A DNA stretch of 64,000 bases from Methanomethylovorans hollandica DSM 15978 (GCF_000328665.1 NC_019977.1:806001-870000), one strand, 5' to 3'; shown: positions 1-10,670, counted from the first letter of the stretch. Numbers and translations are program-made. Notes: a model not told the origin generated them from the letters alone.

Positions 1-2
1 GT

Positions 3-125
3 GTCATGGAGGCCATGAAAATGGAAAATGCTATTCATGCACCACACAGTGGGATTGTTAAAGAGATCTTCTTCGGGGAAGGCGATCCTGTTGCCTCCGG
101 AGATATATTGATGGCAATCGAATGA
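3..125 (+). CDS. pycB: Pyruvate carboxylase subunit B, 3' end (biotin carrier domain; partial)
   Basis: Own translation VMEAMKMENAIHAPHSGIVKEIFFGEGDPVASGDILMAIE*; EAMKM biotinylation motif; directly upstream of biotin carboxylase. Confidence 0.9.
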   Translation, partial: VMEAMKMENAIHAPHSGIVKEIFFGEGDPVASGDILMAIE

Positions 126-134
126 GGAGATCCC

Positions 135-1625
135 ATGTTTAACAAAGTGCTCATTGCGAACAGAGGTGAAATAGCCATCCGGGCCATGAGGGCCTGCAGA
201 GAGCTGGGAGTGAAGACCGTTGCCGTATATTCTGAAGCTGATAAGAATGCCCTCTTCGCAAAGTATGCTGACGAAGCATATCTTTTAGGCCCGGCACCTT
301 CAAGCCAGAGCTATCTTAATATGGAGAAGATACTTGATGTAGCTGAGAAGACAGGTTCTGAAGCTATACACCCTGGTTATGGTTTTCTGTCGGAAAATCA
401 TGTATTTGCATCCAAATGTGAAAAAGCCGGAGTAGTTTTCATAGGTCCTCCCGCAAATGTTATCAAGAAAATGGGTAGTAAGATCGAGGCTCGTAAGACC
501 ATGAGCAAGGCAGGGGTCCCTGTAGTTCCAGGTACCGAAAATGCCATCTCTGAGGTCGACGAAGCTGCCGAGATCGCAGAAGATATTGGCTATCCGGTAA
601 TAATAAAAGCGTCTGCAGGTGGTGGCGGTATAGGAATGAAGATAGTCCATTCCAGAGAGGAATTTGCCAACGCTATCGCTTCCATTCAATCTGTTGCAAA
701 ATCTGCTTTTGGGGATCCAACTGTATTCATAGAAAAATACCTGGATGAACCCAGGCACATAGAGTTCCAGTTACTCGCTGACAGGTACGGGAATACGGTC
801 CATTGCAATGAAAGAGAATGCTCTATACAGCGCAGACATCAGAAGCTGATAGAAGAAGCTCCTTCTCCGATCATTACCGAGGAGATGCGTGAACTTATGG
901 GAGAAGCCGCTGTCAAAGGAGCAAAGTCTATAGGCTATGAAAATGCAGGCACCATGGAGTTCCTGTATTCCAAGGGAGAGTTCTATTTCCTTGAAATGAA
1001 CACGCGTCTGCAGGTAGAGCATAGTATTACAGAGCTGATAACTGGTCTTGACCTTGCTAAAAAACAACTATGCATTGCTGCTGGTGAGGAACTTGCATAC
1101 TCGCAGGAGGATATTCCTCTGTGGGGCTGGGCCATAGAATGCAGGATCAACGCTGAAGATCCTTTGAACGATTTCGCTCCTTCTCCAGGAAAGATACGCA
1201 GGTACCGTTCTTCAGGCGGGCCAGGCGTGCGTGTGGACAGCGGTGTACATATGGGATACACTATTTCCCCGTATTATGATTCGATGATCTCAAAGCTCAG
1301 TGTATGGGCGCCTACGCGTATTGAAGCTATACACAGGATGGACAGAGCACTTTATGAATACGTAGTCGTGGGAGTTGCAACTAATATACCGTTCCATAAG
1401 GCAGTGATCAGGCATGAGCAGTTCCTCAAAGGCAATCTTACAACCCATTTCATAGAGGACAATTCCATAATCAAAGATGTGGAAAGAGTTGTAAAGGAAG
1501 ATTCGGAAAAGGGAGCTACACTTGCATCTGCACTTGAGAACAAGTCGACAATGGTCGCTGCCGTCACTGCAGCTGTAGAGTCTTATATGCATGCGGCAAA
1601 GAATCAATCTAGTAATACAGAGTAA
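135..1625 (+). CDS. pycA: Pyruvate carboxylase subunit A (biotin carboxylase)
   Basis: [38 protein letters not shown] motifs; GAGGAG RBS upstream. Confidence 0.95.
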   Translation: MFNKVLIANRGEIAIRAMRACRELGVKTVAVYSEADKNALFAKYADEAYLLGPAPSSQSYLNMEKILDVAEKTGSEAIHPGYGFLSENHVFASKCEKAGVVFIGPPANVIKKMGSKIEARKTMSKAGVPVVPGTENAISEVDEAAEIAEDIGYPVIIKASAGGGGIGMKIVHSREEFANAIASIQSVAKSAFGDPTVFIEKYLDEPRHIEFQLLADRYGNTVHCNERECSIQRRHQKLIEEAPSPIITEEMRELMGEAAVKGAKSIGYENAGTMEFLYSKGEFYFLEMNTRLQVEHSITELITGLDLAKKQLCIAAGEELAYSQEDIPLWGWAIECRINAEDPLNDFAPSPGKIRRYRSSGGPGVRVDSGVHMGYTISPYYDSMISKLSVWAPTRIEAIHRMDRALYEYVVVGVATNIPFHKAVIRHEQFLKGNLTTHFIEDNSIIKDVERVVKEDSEKGATLASALENKSTMVAAVTAAVESYMHAAKNQSSNTE

Positions 1626-1660
1626 ATATTCTATAGAGAGATGTTTATTGGTGGGATAAA

Positions 1661-2638
1661 GTGAGCACTAATTTAGCTGAGATCATACGGATATTGAAAG
1701 AAGCTGATGGAAAACCAGTATCAGGGGAGGAACTTGGAGAACGGTTAGGTGTTTCCAGGGCAATGGTCTGGAAGTATATAAGTTCCTTGAAGGAAGGGGG
1801 ATACGAGATCGAATCATCCCCAAAAACGGGCTATATTTTAAAGGTAGTCCCGGATATGCTTTACCCTGAAGAGATCAAAGACGGGCTAAATACCACTTTG
1901 ATAGGTAATAATATCTTTTACTTTGCAGAGTTGGAATCAACTAACAGCTTCGCTAAGGAAATGGCCAAGGAAGCAGAAGAAGGTACAGTGGTCATAGCTG
2001 AGTCCCAGAAGAAAGGACGGGGGCGGTTAGGAAGGAACTGGCAGTCACCTAAAGGAGGAGTCAATCTTTCTGTAATACTCAAACCTAATATCCCTCTTGA
2101 TCATGCAGCAAGGCTTACATTAATGACAGGACTTGCAGCAGCAAATACTATTCGGTCCCTTGGGCTCGATGCCCGTATAAAATGGCCTAATGATGTACTC
2201 ATAAAAGATAAAAAGGTATGTGGCATACTCACAGAAGTAGATGCTGAAATGGAACAGGTCGATTATATTATCATTGGGATTGGTATTAATGCCAATGTCA
2301 ATGTGGACGATTTCCCTCCGGGGATACGTGAGAATGCGACAAGCCTCCAGAAAGAACTTGGTACAGAGGTTAATAGGGTAGAATTCGTCCAAAAATTACT
2401 GTATGAAATTGAGCAACAATATATAAAGTTCAAGACACAGGAATTTTCTGCTATCCTAAGCGAATGGATCAATCTCTCAGATACTATTGGTAAGAACGTC
2501 ACCATAATGACCCCTTCGAAGATGGTTGAAGGCAAAGCTATAGGGATCACTGATACAGGAGCTATCTCTGTCAGAACAAAAGATGGGAAAAGGGTAAACC
2601 TTATTGCTGGTAGATGTGTCTATACACGTACTAGATGA
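1661..2638 (+). CDS. birA: Biotin-protein ligase with N-terminal HTH (BirA type)
   Basis: N-terminal wHTH (SGEELGERLGVSRAMVWK), GRGRLGRNW, KWPND, KVCGIL motifs. Confidence 0.93.
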   Translation: MSTNLAEIIRILKEADGKPVSGEELGERLGVSRAMVWKYISSLKEGGYEIESSPKTGYILKVVPDMLYPEEIKDGLNTTLIGNNIFYFAELESTNSFAKEMAKEAEEGTVVIAESQKKGRGRLGRNWQSPKGGVNLSVILKPNIPLDHAARLTLMTGLAAANTIRSLGLDARIKWPNDVLIKDKKVCGILTEVDAEMEQVDYIIIGIGINANVNVDDFPPGIRENATSLQKELGTEVNRVEFVQKLLYEIEQQYIKFKTQEFSAILSEWINLSDTIGKNVTIMTPSKMVEGKAIGITDTGAISVRTKDGKRVNLIAGRCVYTRTR

Positions 2639-3213
2639 GAGACTTATCCATGTGGATAGGAAAATATCTATCCGTATTGCTATTGGTTCTGATCATCTGC
2701 ACGCCGACAGGTGCTGTATTACCCGCTAAGGCTGCTCCTGTAGTGGAAGATGTACTTTTAAATGATACAAGCATATATCTTCTTGCAGGCAATACCTGGC
2801 ATTTTTATCAGGGATATAATCTTACTATAAAAAGTGTGAATCAGGAAGCTGACAGTGTATGGCTGGAACTGTCTTTGGGAAATAATATTTTGCAAAGTGT
2901 AATCCTCAGAGAAGGAGATCTTTTTATCTATAAGAAAAATGATCAGACTCTCCTGAACATAACTGTGGATACCATCTATGCTGGCGATGATGAGGAGCTT
3001 GTAGCTTTCTCACCAGTGTTCCAGTACCTGGATAGGAATCTGCCTGAACCTCTAATTCCGGAAGATGAAAATAATCAAGGGCAGAATATCAGTCTCGACG
3101 ATAATATCTCAAATGGGACAAATGGAATTGAGGGATTCAGATTGCATATGGCAGTTCCGGTTATAGTAATCATTGCTGCTTTAATGCTGTTTTTTAGAAA
3201 AAAAGATCCTTAA
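2635..3213 (+). CDS. Secreted surface protein, S-layer-related domain, C-terminal membrane anchor
   Basis: Signal peptide; YQGYNLTIKSVNQEADSVWLELS resembles Methanosarcina S-layer duplication domain; ends IEGF + hydrophobic helix + RKK. Confidence 0.6.
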   Translation: MRDLSMWIGKYLSVLLLVLIICTPTGAVLPAKAAPVVEDVLLNDTSIYLLAGNTWHFYQGYNLTIKSVNQEADSVWLELSLGNNILQSVILREGDLFIYKKNDQTLLNITVDTIYAGDDEELVAFSPVFQYLDRNLPEPLIPEDENNQGQNISLDDNISNGTNGIEGFRLHMAVPVIVIIAALMLFFRKKDP

Positions 3214-3230
3214 GAGAACAAAGGGACCTT

Positions 3231-4151
3231 TCACAATTCCAGGTCCCCGTTCTCCATAAGCACTTTCAGATCTTGAAGGCTCATCTTTCCTGTCTTTTCC
3301 AGCTTCTCTTTAGCAACTACTCTTTGTTCCTGCTGTTTCTTTTCATCTTTCACAAGCTGGACATCATTTAATTTCTCAAGATAGCTGCTCAGCTCCTCCC
3401 TTAGCTGTGAGGTCCTCTGTTTCAATGGATCAATTCTGGCTCTGAGAGGTTCTGTGACCCCGAATTTTTCCTTTATCTGAGCATGATAGAGATCCGCATC
3501 TTTGCGCATTTCATCAACTTTCTTGTATACGTCTATCATTTCCAGATGGTATTGCTGTGAAATTTGAGCCAGTTCTTTTATAGTAGATCCAATATTTTCT
3601 CCTGATCCAAACTGTTGAGACACGGCCGCATCATAGGTTTCCTGGATTTTCTTATGTACTTCATCTGCTTTCATGGCAGCTTTCAAACGTTCTTCAAGCT
3701 GTACTAACCTGCCCAAGACATCGATCTCATGATGCAGGGGTACATCTGCATTAAGGAATGTATCCAGTTCTGCAGAATATGCTTTAGAAATGATATCTAC
3801 AGTGCCTCTTGAAACCTTATTCAGTGCATCCCTTTCAGCTTTCAGTTTTCCAATTTCATCTGAAACTTGCTGGCTTGCTGATATCCTGGCATTTTTCACA
3901 TCTTTAAGCTCAGAGATCTTTGTATTAACCTCATCTCTTTTTTCTTTTAGCTCCCTGGCCCTTGCGACAATTTCCTTGACCTGGGAGTTCAAACTATCTC
4001 TTTTTTCCTTGAGTTCTCCCATATTAGTTCGGTGAAGCCGTAGTTCATTGAACAGGGACCTTAGTTCTCTCTCATCCCGCGTTATCTGGGTCCTTAGTTC
4101 ATTTACCTTTAATTTTAGATCCTTTTCTGAGATGGATGATGCATCTGTCAT
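3231..4151 (-). CDS. Archaeal long coiled-coil protein (COG1340-like)
   Basis: Heptad-rich, EKRDSLNSQVKE/EKRDEVNTKISE repeats, C-terminal EKLEKTGKMSLQDL. Confidence 0.65.
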   Translation of the reverse strand: MTDASSISEKDLKLKVNELRTQITRDERELRSLFNELRLHRTNMGELKEKRDSLNSQVKEIVARARELKEKRDEVNTKISELKDVKNARISASQQVSDEIGKLKAERDALNKVSRGTVDIISKAYSAELDTFLNADVPLHHEIDVLGRLVQLEERLKAAMKADEVHKKIQETYDAAVSQQFGSGENIGSTIKELAQISQQYHLEMIDVYKKVDEMRKDADLYHAQIKEKFGVTEPLRARIDPLKQRTSQLREELSSYLEKLNDVQLVKDEKKQQEQRVVAKEKLEKTGKMSLQDLKVLMENGDLEL

Positions 4152-4780
4152 GCTATGATCTCCTCTTCCTTTACATTTTTCAGGTTTTCCCAGTGCTTCA
4201 AAGCCTCTTTATGACTTTGTATCCTATTTTCGAGCCACGAATGCCTTGGTTTTGCTTTGTTTAACTCTTCCTCATGAAGCTTCTTATCTTCAGTCAAAGT
4301 ATTTTCTCGACCAGATATTGATATGAATTCTTCATGTGCTGCAAGTGCTTCTGCTATCTTGGACTCGATGGAAGATTTGATTTCAGAAGTTTCCCCTCCG
4401 GCCAGAAGTGACAGGATCGATGCAACAACAGCTTTTTCTTCGTCTTCAGAAGAAATTGATTTTGCCTTTATTATACTGTCGCGTATAGTGTCAACATCCT
4501 TTTGCTGCATATCCGATCCAATTAACTTTTCGAGCGTGATCTCTGCCTGATGGTAGAGTTGCTGGCGCTTTTCTTTGAGCACATCTATGCGTTCGAGCAG
4601 TTCTTCATGTTCCTTCTTAATGTTGTCGATTTCCCGGGAACAAGACGAAAATCTCGTATCCAGTTCCTCGAATTCAAAATTGTACTTCTCTAACATCCTA
4701 TTGTGTTTAAGGATCACTGCATCGATAAGACCTTCACGGCCAAGTAAAGTAACCCCTACACCATCTCCTTCGGTGGTCAT
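4148..4780 (-). CDS. Coiled-coil hypothetical protein
   Basis: 210-aa charged helical ORF whose stop overlaps the start of the next coiled-coil gene; GGAG RBS. Confidence 0.7.
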   Translation of the reverse strand: MTTEGDGVGVTLLGREGLIDAVILKHNRMLEKYNFEFEELDTRFSSCSREIDNIKKEHEELLERIDVLKEKRQQLYHQAEITLEKLIGSDMQQKDVDTIRDSIIKAKSISSEDEEKAVVASILSLLAGGETSEIKSSIESKIAEALAAHEEFISISGRENTLTEDKKLHEEELNKAKPRHSWLENRIQSHKEALKHWENLKNVKEEEIIA

Positions 4781-4851
4781 TTATTTATCTCCAACTAGAC
4801 TGTATCTAACAATATTTATTTACAATGTTATATATGTATAAGCTGGTGGTC

Positions 4852-5142
4852 TCATACTCTGAATACTTGAGCATGTGGCACACCATTTATTATTATCACA
4901 CTTTTCGGGTCTACCACGCCACAGTTGACAGCACACTGAATACACTTTTCCCCAAAAAGGTTAGCTGTGGTTGCTTTTCTGAGAGTTTTCTCAACAGTTT
5001 CTGGTCCAACCGTCTCACCATAGAAAAACTCTTCATTAACTGTTACTGTAATATTTCCCTCTTTTAAGGTCTTTCCAAGGACCTCTTTATCACATATGGC
5101 AACAACTACATTGCTGCTGGAAATATGGACCTTCATATACAT
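4852..5142 (-). CDS. DUF424 family protein
   Basis: VVAICDKEVLGK, EEFFYG, ANLFG, INGVPHAQ pattern; start moved to ATG 5142 after GAGG RBS. Confidence 0.85.
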   Translation of the reverse strand: MYMKVHISSSNVVVAICDKEVLGKTLKEGNITVTVNEEFFYGETVGPETVEKTLRKATTANLFGEKCIQCAVNCGVVDPKSVIIINGVPHAQVFRV

Positions 5143-5152
5143 CAATTGTTCC

Positions 5153-7243
5153 TCACACAAGTTTCACACTGTCATGATCTGGTTTCATCAGATCCCCAGA
5201 CCTGCGCATTTTTGATATCATTTCTTCTGCATGAGCTCTGTCAATGCCTTCTACAGCTGCTTCTGCATAGATCTCTTCCAGAGGCGCTTTGCCGGCCGGG
5301 TGCCTGCCACCTACCTGCCTGATGATATCCTTGAGCACTTTTATCTTATCCCTCTGGCTCTTGCTGGTACCAGATGCTATTATATCCACGTCGAAGGCAC
5401 CTGTGGACGGGTCGACACCTACCTGTTTCATGCATGAATATACTATCTTTGTTGTACGCCTTGCATCGTCCATATTAACAATGCTACTCAGACGCACTCT
5501 TGCACTTGCTTCTGCCAGTCTTACAAGCGCTTCCAGCTGTCTGGCTGTCACTGGGACCGGGGAATCCTTACCTTCTCCCATTTTACGCAGGTCCATGTAA
5601 AACTTCACCAGATGATCCCGTGCTTCCTCTTCCATCACAGGGAAAATATTCCTGCGCGAATAGGCCACATATTTTCTCATAAGGTCCGGGTCTATATCGG
5701 GAATGACTATTTCCATCTGTTCATCTACCTGTTCCTGGGTGACCTTGCTTGTAGGCATCTTTTTGCGCTGCTCGGAAAGTTCACCAGCGTAGTGGGATTT
5801 AAGGATATGTCTGGCAATACGTGTATCTTTCTCTTCGTTAGGTGTGTCCAGAAGCACGAAGATCATATCAAATCTGGACATAAGAGCTGGAGGCATATTG
5901 ATCTGCTGAGCTATGCCCTCGTACCTGTCAAAACGTCCATACTTAGGATTGGCAGCTCCAAGAAGTGCACATCGGGATTTCAGAGTGGCAAGAATACCTG
6001 CTTTTGCAATAGATACCGTCTGCTGCTCCATAGCTTCGTGAAGTGCGCTCTTGTCCTCGGAACGCATCTTGTCCATTTCATCCACTGCTGCAATACCCAT
6101 ATCTGCCATAACGAGTGCTCCTGCTTCCAGTGTCCACCGCCCATCTCCCATTTCATCCTTCACAGCAGCTGCAGTAAGGCCGCTGCTAGAGGCACTTTTT
6201 CCTGAAGCGAATACGCCTCTGGGAGCGAGCTTGACCATATAGCGAAGAAGCTGACTTTTTGCCACACCCGGATCACCCACAAACAACATGTGTATGTCGC
6301 CCCTTATTCTTGATCCGTCGGGAAGATGCTTGGGAACGCCGGAAAATAGCTGCAGAGCCAAGGCTTCCTTCACTTCTTCAAGGCCATAGATCGAAGGTGC
6401 AATGGACTGGATTATCTTGTCATATATGTGTGGATCCTGGCTCATTTCCCTTATTAGATCTTCCTCTTCGGGAGTTATCTGGAGTTCATCAAACTCTTTA
6501 TCCACATTCTCAATAGAATTCGCATCCAGTACGAGGTCATAAAAAGGAGATTTCCCTTCGCGTGTGGTACGCTGATGGGAACGCAGCACACCATTGATAA
6601 CTATCCTGTCTCCGGGTTTTACGATACCTGCAAGGTCTTCTTCCACATCCACATCAAGGCTCTGTGGCTGTGTTCCTCCTCTAAGGTTCTCCGGTGACTC
6701 CTGTATCTGCAGTTTCTGGGCATCCACAAACACGGACTGTTCCATGAGTATCTTAAAAGGTCCTCTCTTACCACATGTGTCGTTCTCACATTCCAGAGGC
6801 TCAACGAATTTCATTTCCGTTTGGGGTACAAAAGTGATATTTTCGCATCGCATGCACATAAAAGCAGCATTGATTATCTTGGGACGCACCTCTGTGGCTT
6901 TACGGATCATGCCCTCGATGGCAATAAATTTCATAAGATGCTTACTGCGCAGATCTCTTATGGGGATCTTTGAAGGGACCTTTTCGAACCTGACCTTTGC
7001 CTTATCAAGTGTTTTATCTATAGGCAGATCTATTTCCTGCAAGGCCTTGTCTGCGGATGGCATCACTTCCGAAGGTTGCTCTAAAAGCTCTGCAGCCAGT
7101 TCTCTATCGAATATCTCAAGTTTTGAAAAATCAACTGTAAGACTTCGCTGTTCAGGGTATTCGTTGGCAAGCTGAAGAATGTCGTCCCAATAGTACTGCT
7201 TGAGGAATACCTTGAATTTATCTTCCCATTTTATATCTGTCAT
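5153..7243 (-). CDS. mcm: Replicative helicase MCM (no intein)
   Basis: Zn finger CMRC...CENDTC, Walker A GDPGVAKSQ, Walker B AVDEMDKM, SRFD arginine finger, C-terminal wHTH. Confidence 0.97.
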   Translation of the reverse strand: MTDIKWEDKFKVFLKQYYWDDILQLANEYPEQRSLTVDFSKLEIFDRELAAELLEQPSEVMPSADKALQEIDLPIDKTLDKAKVRFEKVPSKIPIRDLRSKHLMKFIAIEGMIRKATEVRPKIINAAFMCMRCENITFVPQTEMKFVEPLECENDTCGKRGPFKILMEQSVFVDAQKLQIQESPENLRGGTQPQSLDVDVEEDLAGIVKPGDRIVINGVLRSHQRTTREGKSPFYDLVLDANSIENVDKEFDELQITPEEEDLIREMSQDPHIYDKIIQSIAPSIYGLEEVKEALALQLFSGVPKHLPDGSRIRGDIHMLFVGDPGVAKSQLLRYMVKLAPRGVFASGKSASSSGLTAAAVKDEMGDGRWTLEAGALVMADMGIAAVDEMDKMRSEDKSALHEAMEQQTVSIAKAGILATLKSRCALLGAANPKYGRFDRYEGIAQQINMPPALMSRFDMIFVLLDTPNEEKDTRIARHILKSHYAGELSEQRKKMPTSKVTQEQVDEQMEIVIPDIDPDLMRKYVAYSRRNIFPVMEEEARDHLVKFYMDLRKMGEGKDSPVPVTARQLEALVRLAEASARVRLSSIVNMDDARRTTKIVYSCMKQVGVDPSTGAFDVDIIASGTSKSQRDKIKVLKDIIRQVGGRHPAGKAPLEEIYAEAAVEGIDRAHAEEMISKMRRSGDLMKPDHDSVKLV

Positions 7244-7331
7244 ATTTTTCTCAAAGTTTGCTGCGCAGATCTAGTCTTGGCACCAACCCATAGTTTTTAA
7301 TTTATATCAATATTTCGTGTATGGTAGTTGA

Positions 7332-8042
7332 TCATTTTTTCAGGTCTGAAACCAAATTCTTCTGTACCCTGCGCAGGACCCCTCTTAAGGTCTGCACTTC
7401 TCTGGGTATCAGACGTGCTCTGCCGAATATCTTTTTAAGCATAAGTTCTGTCTTTTCTTTTTTATGCTCTGGGTAATCAATGTTGTCCAGGACCTGGGCA
7501 AAATGTTCCATTAAAAGCTTTGTATCAAAAGGATCAGCAAGCGGAGTTTCTCCGGGTTGGATGTCGCTTAGCTCATACAGTACCACCGCAACAGCATGTG
7601 AAAGGTTCATGACCGGGTATATTTCGGATGTGGGTATGGTAAGGATCATGTCCATCATACGCAGTTCATCTTTGGTGAAACCTTTATTTTCTCTGCCAAA
7701 AAGCAGTGCAACAGTGCCGCAAGAGCCTTGAAGATGTTGTTTCAGTTCCCTGGGAACATGCGCCGGGATACGTATGTGCTCGTCGAATTTGCTGCCGGTT
7801 ATGCCTGTGGTACCTATCAGGAGATTGGCATCTGCAACGGCATCTTCTATGCAGCTTGTTATTATTGCACCTTCGAGCACATCACGCGCATGAGAAGACA
7901 TTGCACGTGCCTCTCCTTCAAGGGGGCATGGGTTAACAAGCACAAGATCTGAAAAGCCGAAATTCTTCATTGCCCTTGCGACAGAGCCCACATTTCCCTG
8001 ATACAAAGGCTCAACGAGCACTACTTTGAAATTAAGAGACAT
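7332..8042 (-). CDS. trmJ: tRNA (C32/U32 2'-O)-methyltransferase, TrmJ family SPOUT
   Basis: VVLVEP..GNVGSVARAMKNFG, LFGRE, YPVMNLSHAV motifs. Confidence 0.88.
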   Translation of the reverse strand: MSLNFKVVLVEPLYQGNVGSVARAMKNFGFSDLVLVNPCPLEGEARAMSSHARDVLEGAIITSCIEDAVADANLLIGTTGITGSKFDEHIRIPAHVPRELKQHLQGSCGTVALLFGRENKGFTKDELRMMDMILTIPTSEIYPVMNLSHAVAVVLYELSDIQPGETPLADPFDTKLLMEHFAQVLDNIDYPEHKKEKTELMLKKIFGRARLIPREVQTLRGVLRRVQKNLVSDLKK

Positions 8043-8326
8043 GATATATCCTTGATGTTTTTGGAAGCTTATAGGTGTCTGCAGATTATATAAGGCTGAT
8101 TGTGACACGTATTTGTAAATTGTAAATGATACACTCTTTAATGTCAGGAGTTGGTTAATAATTTAAGTGTTTATTCTATCATGGACGATCTCATAAAAGG
8201 ATAAAAAAGAATATATGAATTTGCAAGGGCTGACATTTTTCATTCAGGTGATCTCGGTGCATGGGAAGTGACTTAATATTTAAGGGCGAATGAAAATTGA
8301 ATAATCCTTCCTCTCAGAGGCTTTCC

Positions 8327-9022
8327 ATGAACATTGAACATTTTACACCATCTATTGTTACAGCAGGACAAGTTTCTGACTTGTGGGAAGAAAATGATGT
8401 TGTCATTTTCATTATCGAGATGAAAGACTATCCATTAGCTGATGCAGACCATCTCAGTGAGGCGGAAAAGATGCATCTGAATATGCTTAGAACAGAATAT
8501 TTCAGACACAGATTTATTATATCGAGGCTTGTCTTAAAATCTCTGGCTGCGACTATCAAAGAAAGATCCTGGTCCGATATCGTTACGTGTAAGGATGAAA
8601 ATGGACGGGTCCATGTATGCGGTCATAATGATCTCAACGTCTGTATCTCCTATAGTGAGGATATACTTGCGCTTGCTTTATCTAAAATAGAGGTTGGGAT
8701 CGACATAGAGGTCATAAGGTCACGCTCGGTTGCAAGCATTTCAAAATCAATTGATATTCCAAAGTCAATAGATAGAACGTTGTCTGGCATCATTTCCTCT
8801 GCAAAAGTTCCTGATTTTCTTGTCATGTGGACTTTGAAAGAAGCTTATTGCAAACTCTCAAATGAAACGATGTTCTCCAGTTTAGCCAGGAAACTGGACC
8901 TAGCCGGTCTGTATCACTCAAGTTATTGTATAAAAAATACATACTTGCTTGCTGCCGTTAGCGGATCTCATCCATGCAAGGTTGAGATAGTTTTTCTTCA
9001 AAAGATCGATTTTTTAAGCTGA
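8327..9022 (+). CDS. 4'-phosphopantetheinyl transferase superfamily protein (Sfp-like)
   Basis: LSEAEK...RFIISR, VCISYS, VGIDIE and WTLKEAYCK motifs; start uncertain (8297 TTG or 8327 ATG). Confidence 0.8.
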   Translation: MNIEHFTPSIVTAGQVSDLWEENDVVIFIIEMKDYPLADADHLSEAEKMHLNMLRTEYFRHRFIISRLVLKSLAATIKERSWSDIVTCKDENGRVHVCGHNDLNVCISYSEDILALALSKIEVGIDIEVIRSRSVASISKSIDIPKSIDRTLSGIISSAKVPDFLVMWTLKEAYCKLSNETMFSSLARKLDLAGLYHSSYCIKNTYLLAAVSGSHPCKVEIVFLQKIDFLS

Positions 9023-9145
9023 GGAATCAATAAACTATTCTCAGTTCCAATATATATACAAATTCCAAATTGAGTAAGCTTTTTCCCGAGGTAAGGTGCG
9101 ATCATCTGTATAAAAATAGTCTTTAAGTAAAATATATCTACTTAA

Positions 9146-9622
9146 TTAAAGGATTTGAAGCAACTTTACAATCCGTCCGCAAGCGAAGTATCCATAGTGA
9201 AAGTGCCTCCTAGCCCTATCTTATGATCCATGGCATAGGGGACCTTAATGATGGACAATATGGAATAGTTCATTCCGGAAAATAAGGAGGCCTGGAAATG
9301 GACATCCATGATCATGCAGCCTTCATATGTGACAAGGGTAATGTTTGAACTGGTTTTTGAGCAGGTTCAGAAAAAGAAAGGTTTTGCAGCTCTTTCCAGA
9401 ATACTTTTTGAAACATATGATGAAGGCCTATAGGCTCAGATCATTCATCTAGAGCTTTATGCTGCTGACACTCCTACGATACGCAAACTACACCAGTTCA
9501 TAGAGAATAAAGGATATTCTCTCAGGGGTAAGCACTATGAGATCTATCTCAGCGACCCCCAGAGAACAGCTTCTGAGAAACTGAAGACCATTATCCGTCA
9601 GCCAGTAGCATCAAAGATCTGA
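9146..9622 (+). pseudogene. Disrupted GyrI-like small-molecule-binding domain gene
   Basis: Own translation: KDLKQLYNPSASEVSIVKVPP / frameshift / YLMIHGIGD / apparent deletion / WKWTSMIMQP...GKHYEIYLSDPQRTASEKLKTIIRQP; two in-frame TAG at 9266 and 9431. Confidence 0.8.
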
Positions 9623-9743
9623 TCCTATCTGAAAGGATCTTATCTGGCTTTTCTATTTTAAGTGATCCAATATAAGGTTTCGGATAACTTTTCATCCTGC
9701 CAACCACAAATCATCTAAACCATCCAGACATATAAAATACAGA

Positions 9744-10631
9744 ATGATAGACGAAGTTATCAAAGTATTTAAACAACTGGATAATAAGGACATACGTATC
9801 CTTACAGGTATAGAGATAGGAATGAAGGATTCTGAGTGGGTGCCTGTTGAGAATGTCATGAAGTACACTCGTATGACTTATGATAACCTTTCTTTCAAGC
9901 TTAAGAAATTGGCAAAATTGAACCTATTATCCTTCACAAATATTCCTTATGAAGGCTATCAGATATATTTTGAAGGATATGATGCCCTTGCTTTGCATAC
10001 GTTCGTGCAGAGAAAGACTATCAGTGCAATTGGCAACGAGATAGGTGTAGGTAAGGAATCCGTGGTACTGGAAGCCATAAAGGAATCTGAACTCGGTATC
10101 GGTGATCCGGAAGGTGTGGTGATCAAGTTCCATAGAGAGGGTCGTACCAGTTTCACCCAGGTAAAACGCAATCGCGGCCATATAGGCGACCGGGAGCACA
10201 TGTCGTGGATATATGCAGCCCGTCTTGCAGCTAAACGTGAAGCAGATGTTATGAATAAGTTATATCCGGAAGTATCAGTACCAAGACTTGTCGATCACAA
10301 TAGGCACGCACTTGTTATGGACATCGCTCAAGGCTCCTTGTTGTACAAAACAAAGCTTGCAGATCCGCAATGGTTCCTGGATGAGATCCTGAGGCAATTG
10401 AAACTAGCCTATGCTAAAGGTTTTATTCATGCTGACATGAGCGAATATAATACTTTCGTGCATGAGGGTGGTGTACAGATAATAGACTGGCCACAGTATG
10501 TGGAACCTTCGCATCCTCACGCTGATGAATTGCTGGAGCGGGACATTTCTAACATACTCTCCTTTTTCAAACGTAAATATGACCTGGAGGCAGAACTTGA
10601 AAGCTCAGTGGCATATGTGAAGAGCCAGTGA
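9744..10631 (+). CDS. rio2: RIO2-type atypical Ser/Thr kinase
   Basis: N-terminal wHTH, IGVGKES, KFHREGRTSF, IHADMSEYN, IIDWPQ. Confidence 0.92.
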   Translation: MIDEVIKVFKQLDNKDIRILTGIEIGMKDSEWVPVENVMKYTRMTYDNLSFKLKKLAKLNLLSFTNIPYEGYQIYFEGYDALALHTFVQRKTISAIGNEIGVGKESVVLEAIKESELGIGDPEGVVIKFHREGRTSFTQVKRNRGHIGDREHMSWIYAARLAAKREADVMNKLYPEVSVPRLVDHNRHALVMDIAQGSLLYKTKLADPQWFLDEILRQLKLAYAKGFIHADMSEYNTFVHEGGVQIIDWPQYVEPSHPHADELLERDISNILSFFKRKYDLEAELESSVAYVKSQ

Positions 10632-10670
10632 ACAACAATATATCTCAGCAAACCAATACTCATATAATGT

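Noticed and set aside
5153..7243. Possible inteins in MCM (also checked TopA and AhaA)
   Set aside because: Lengths and motif spacing are normal; no intein-like insertion seen
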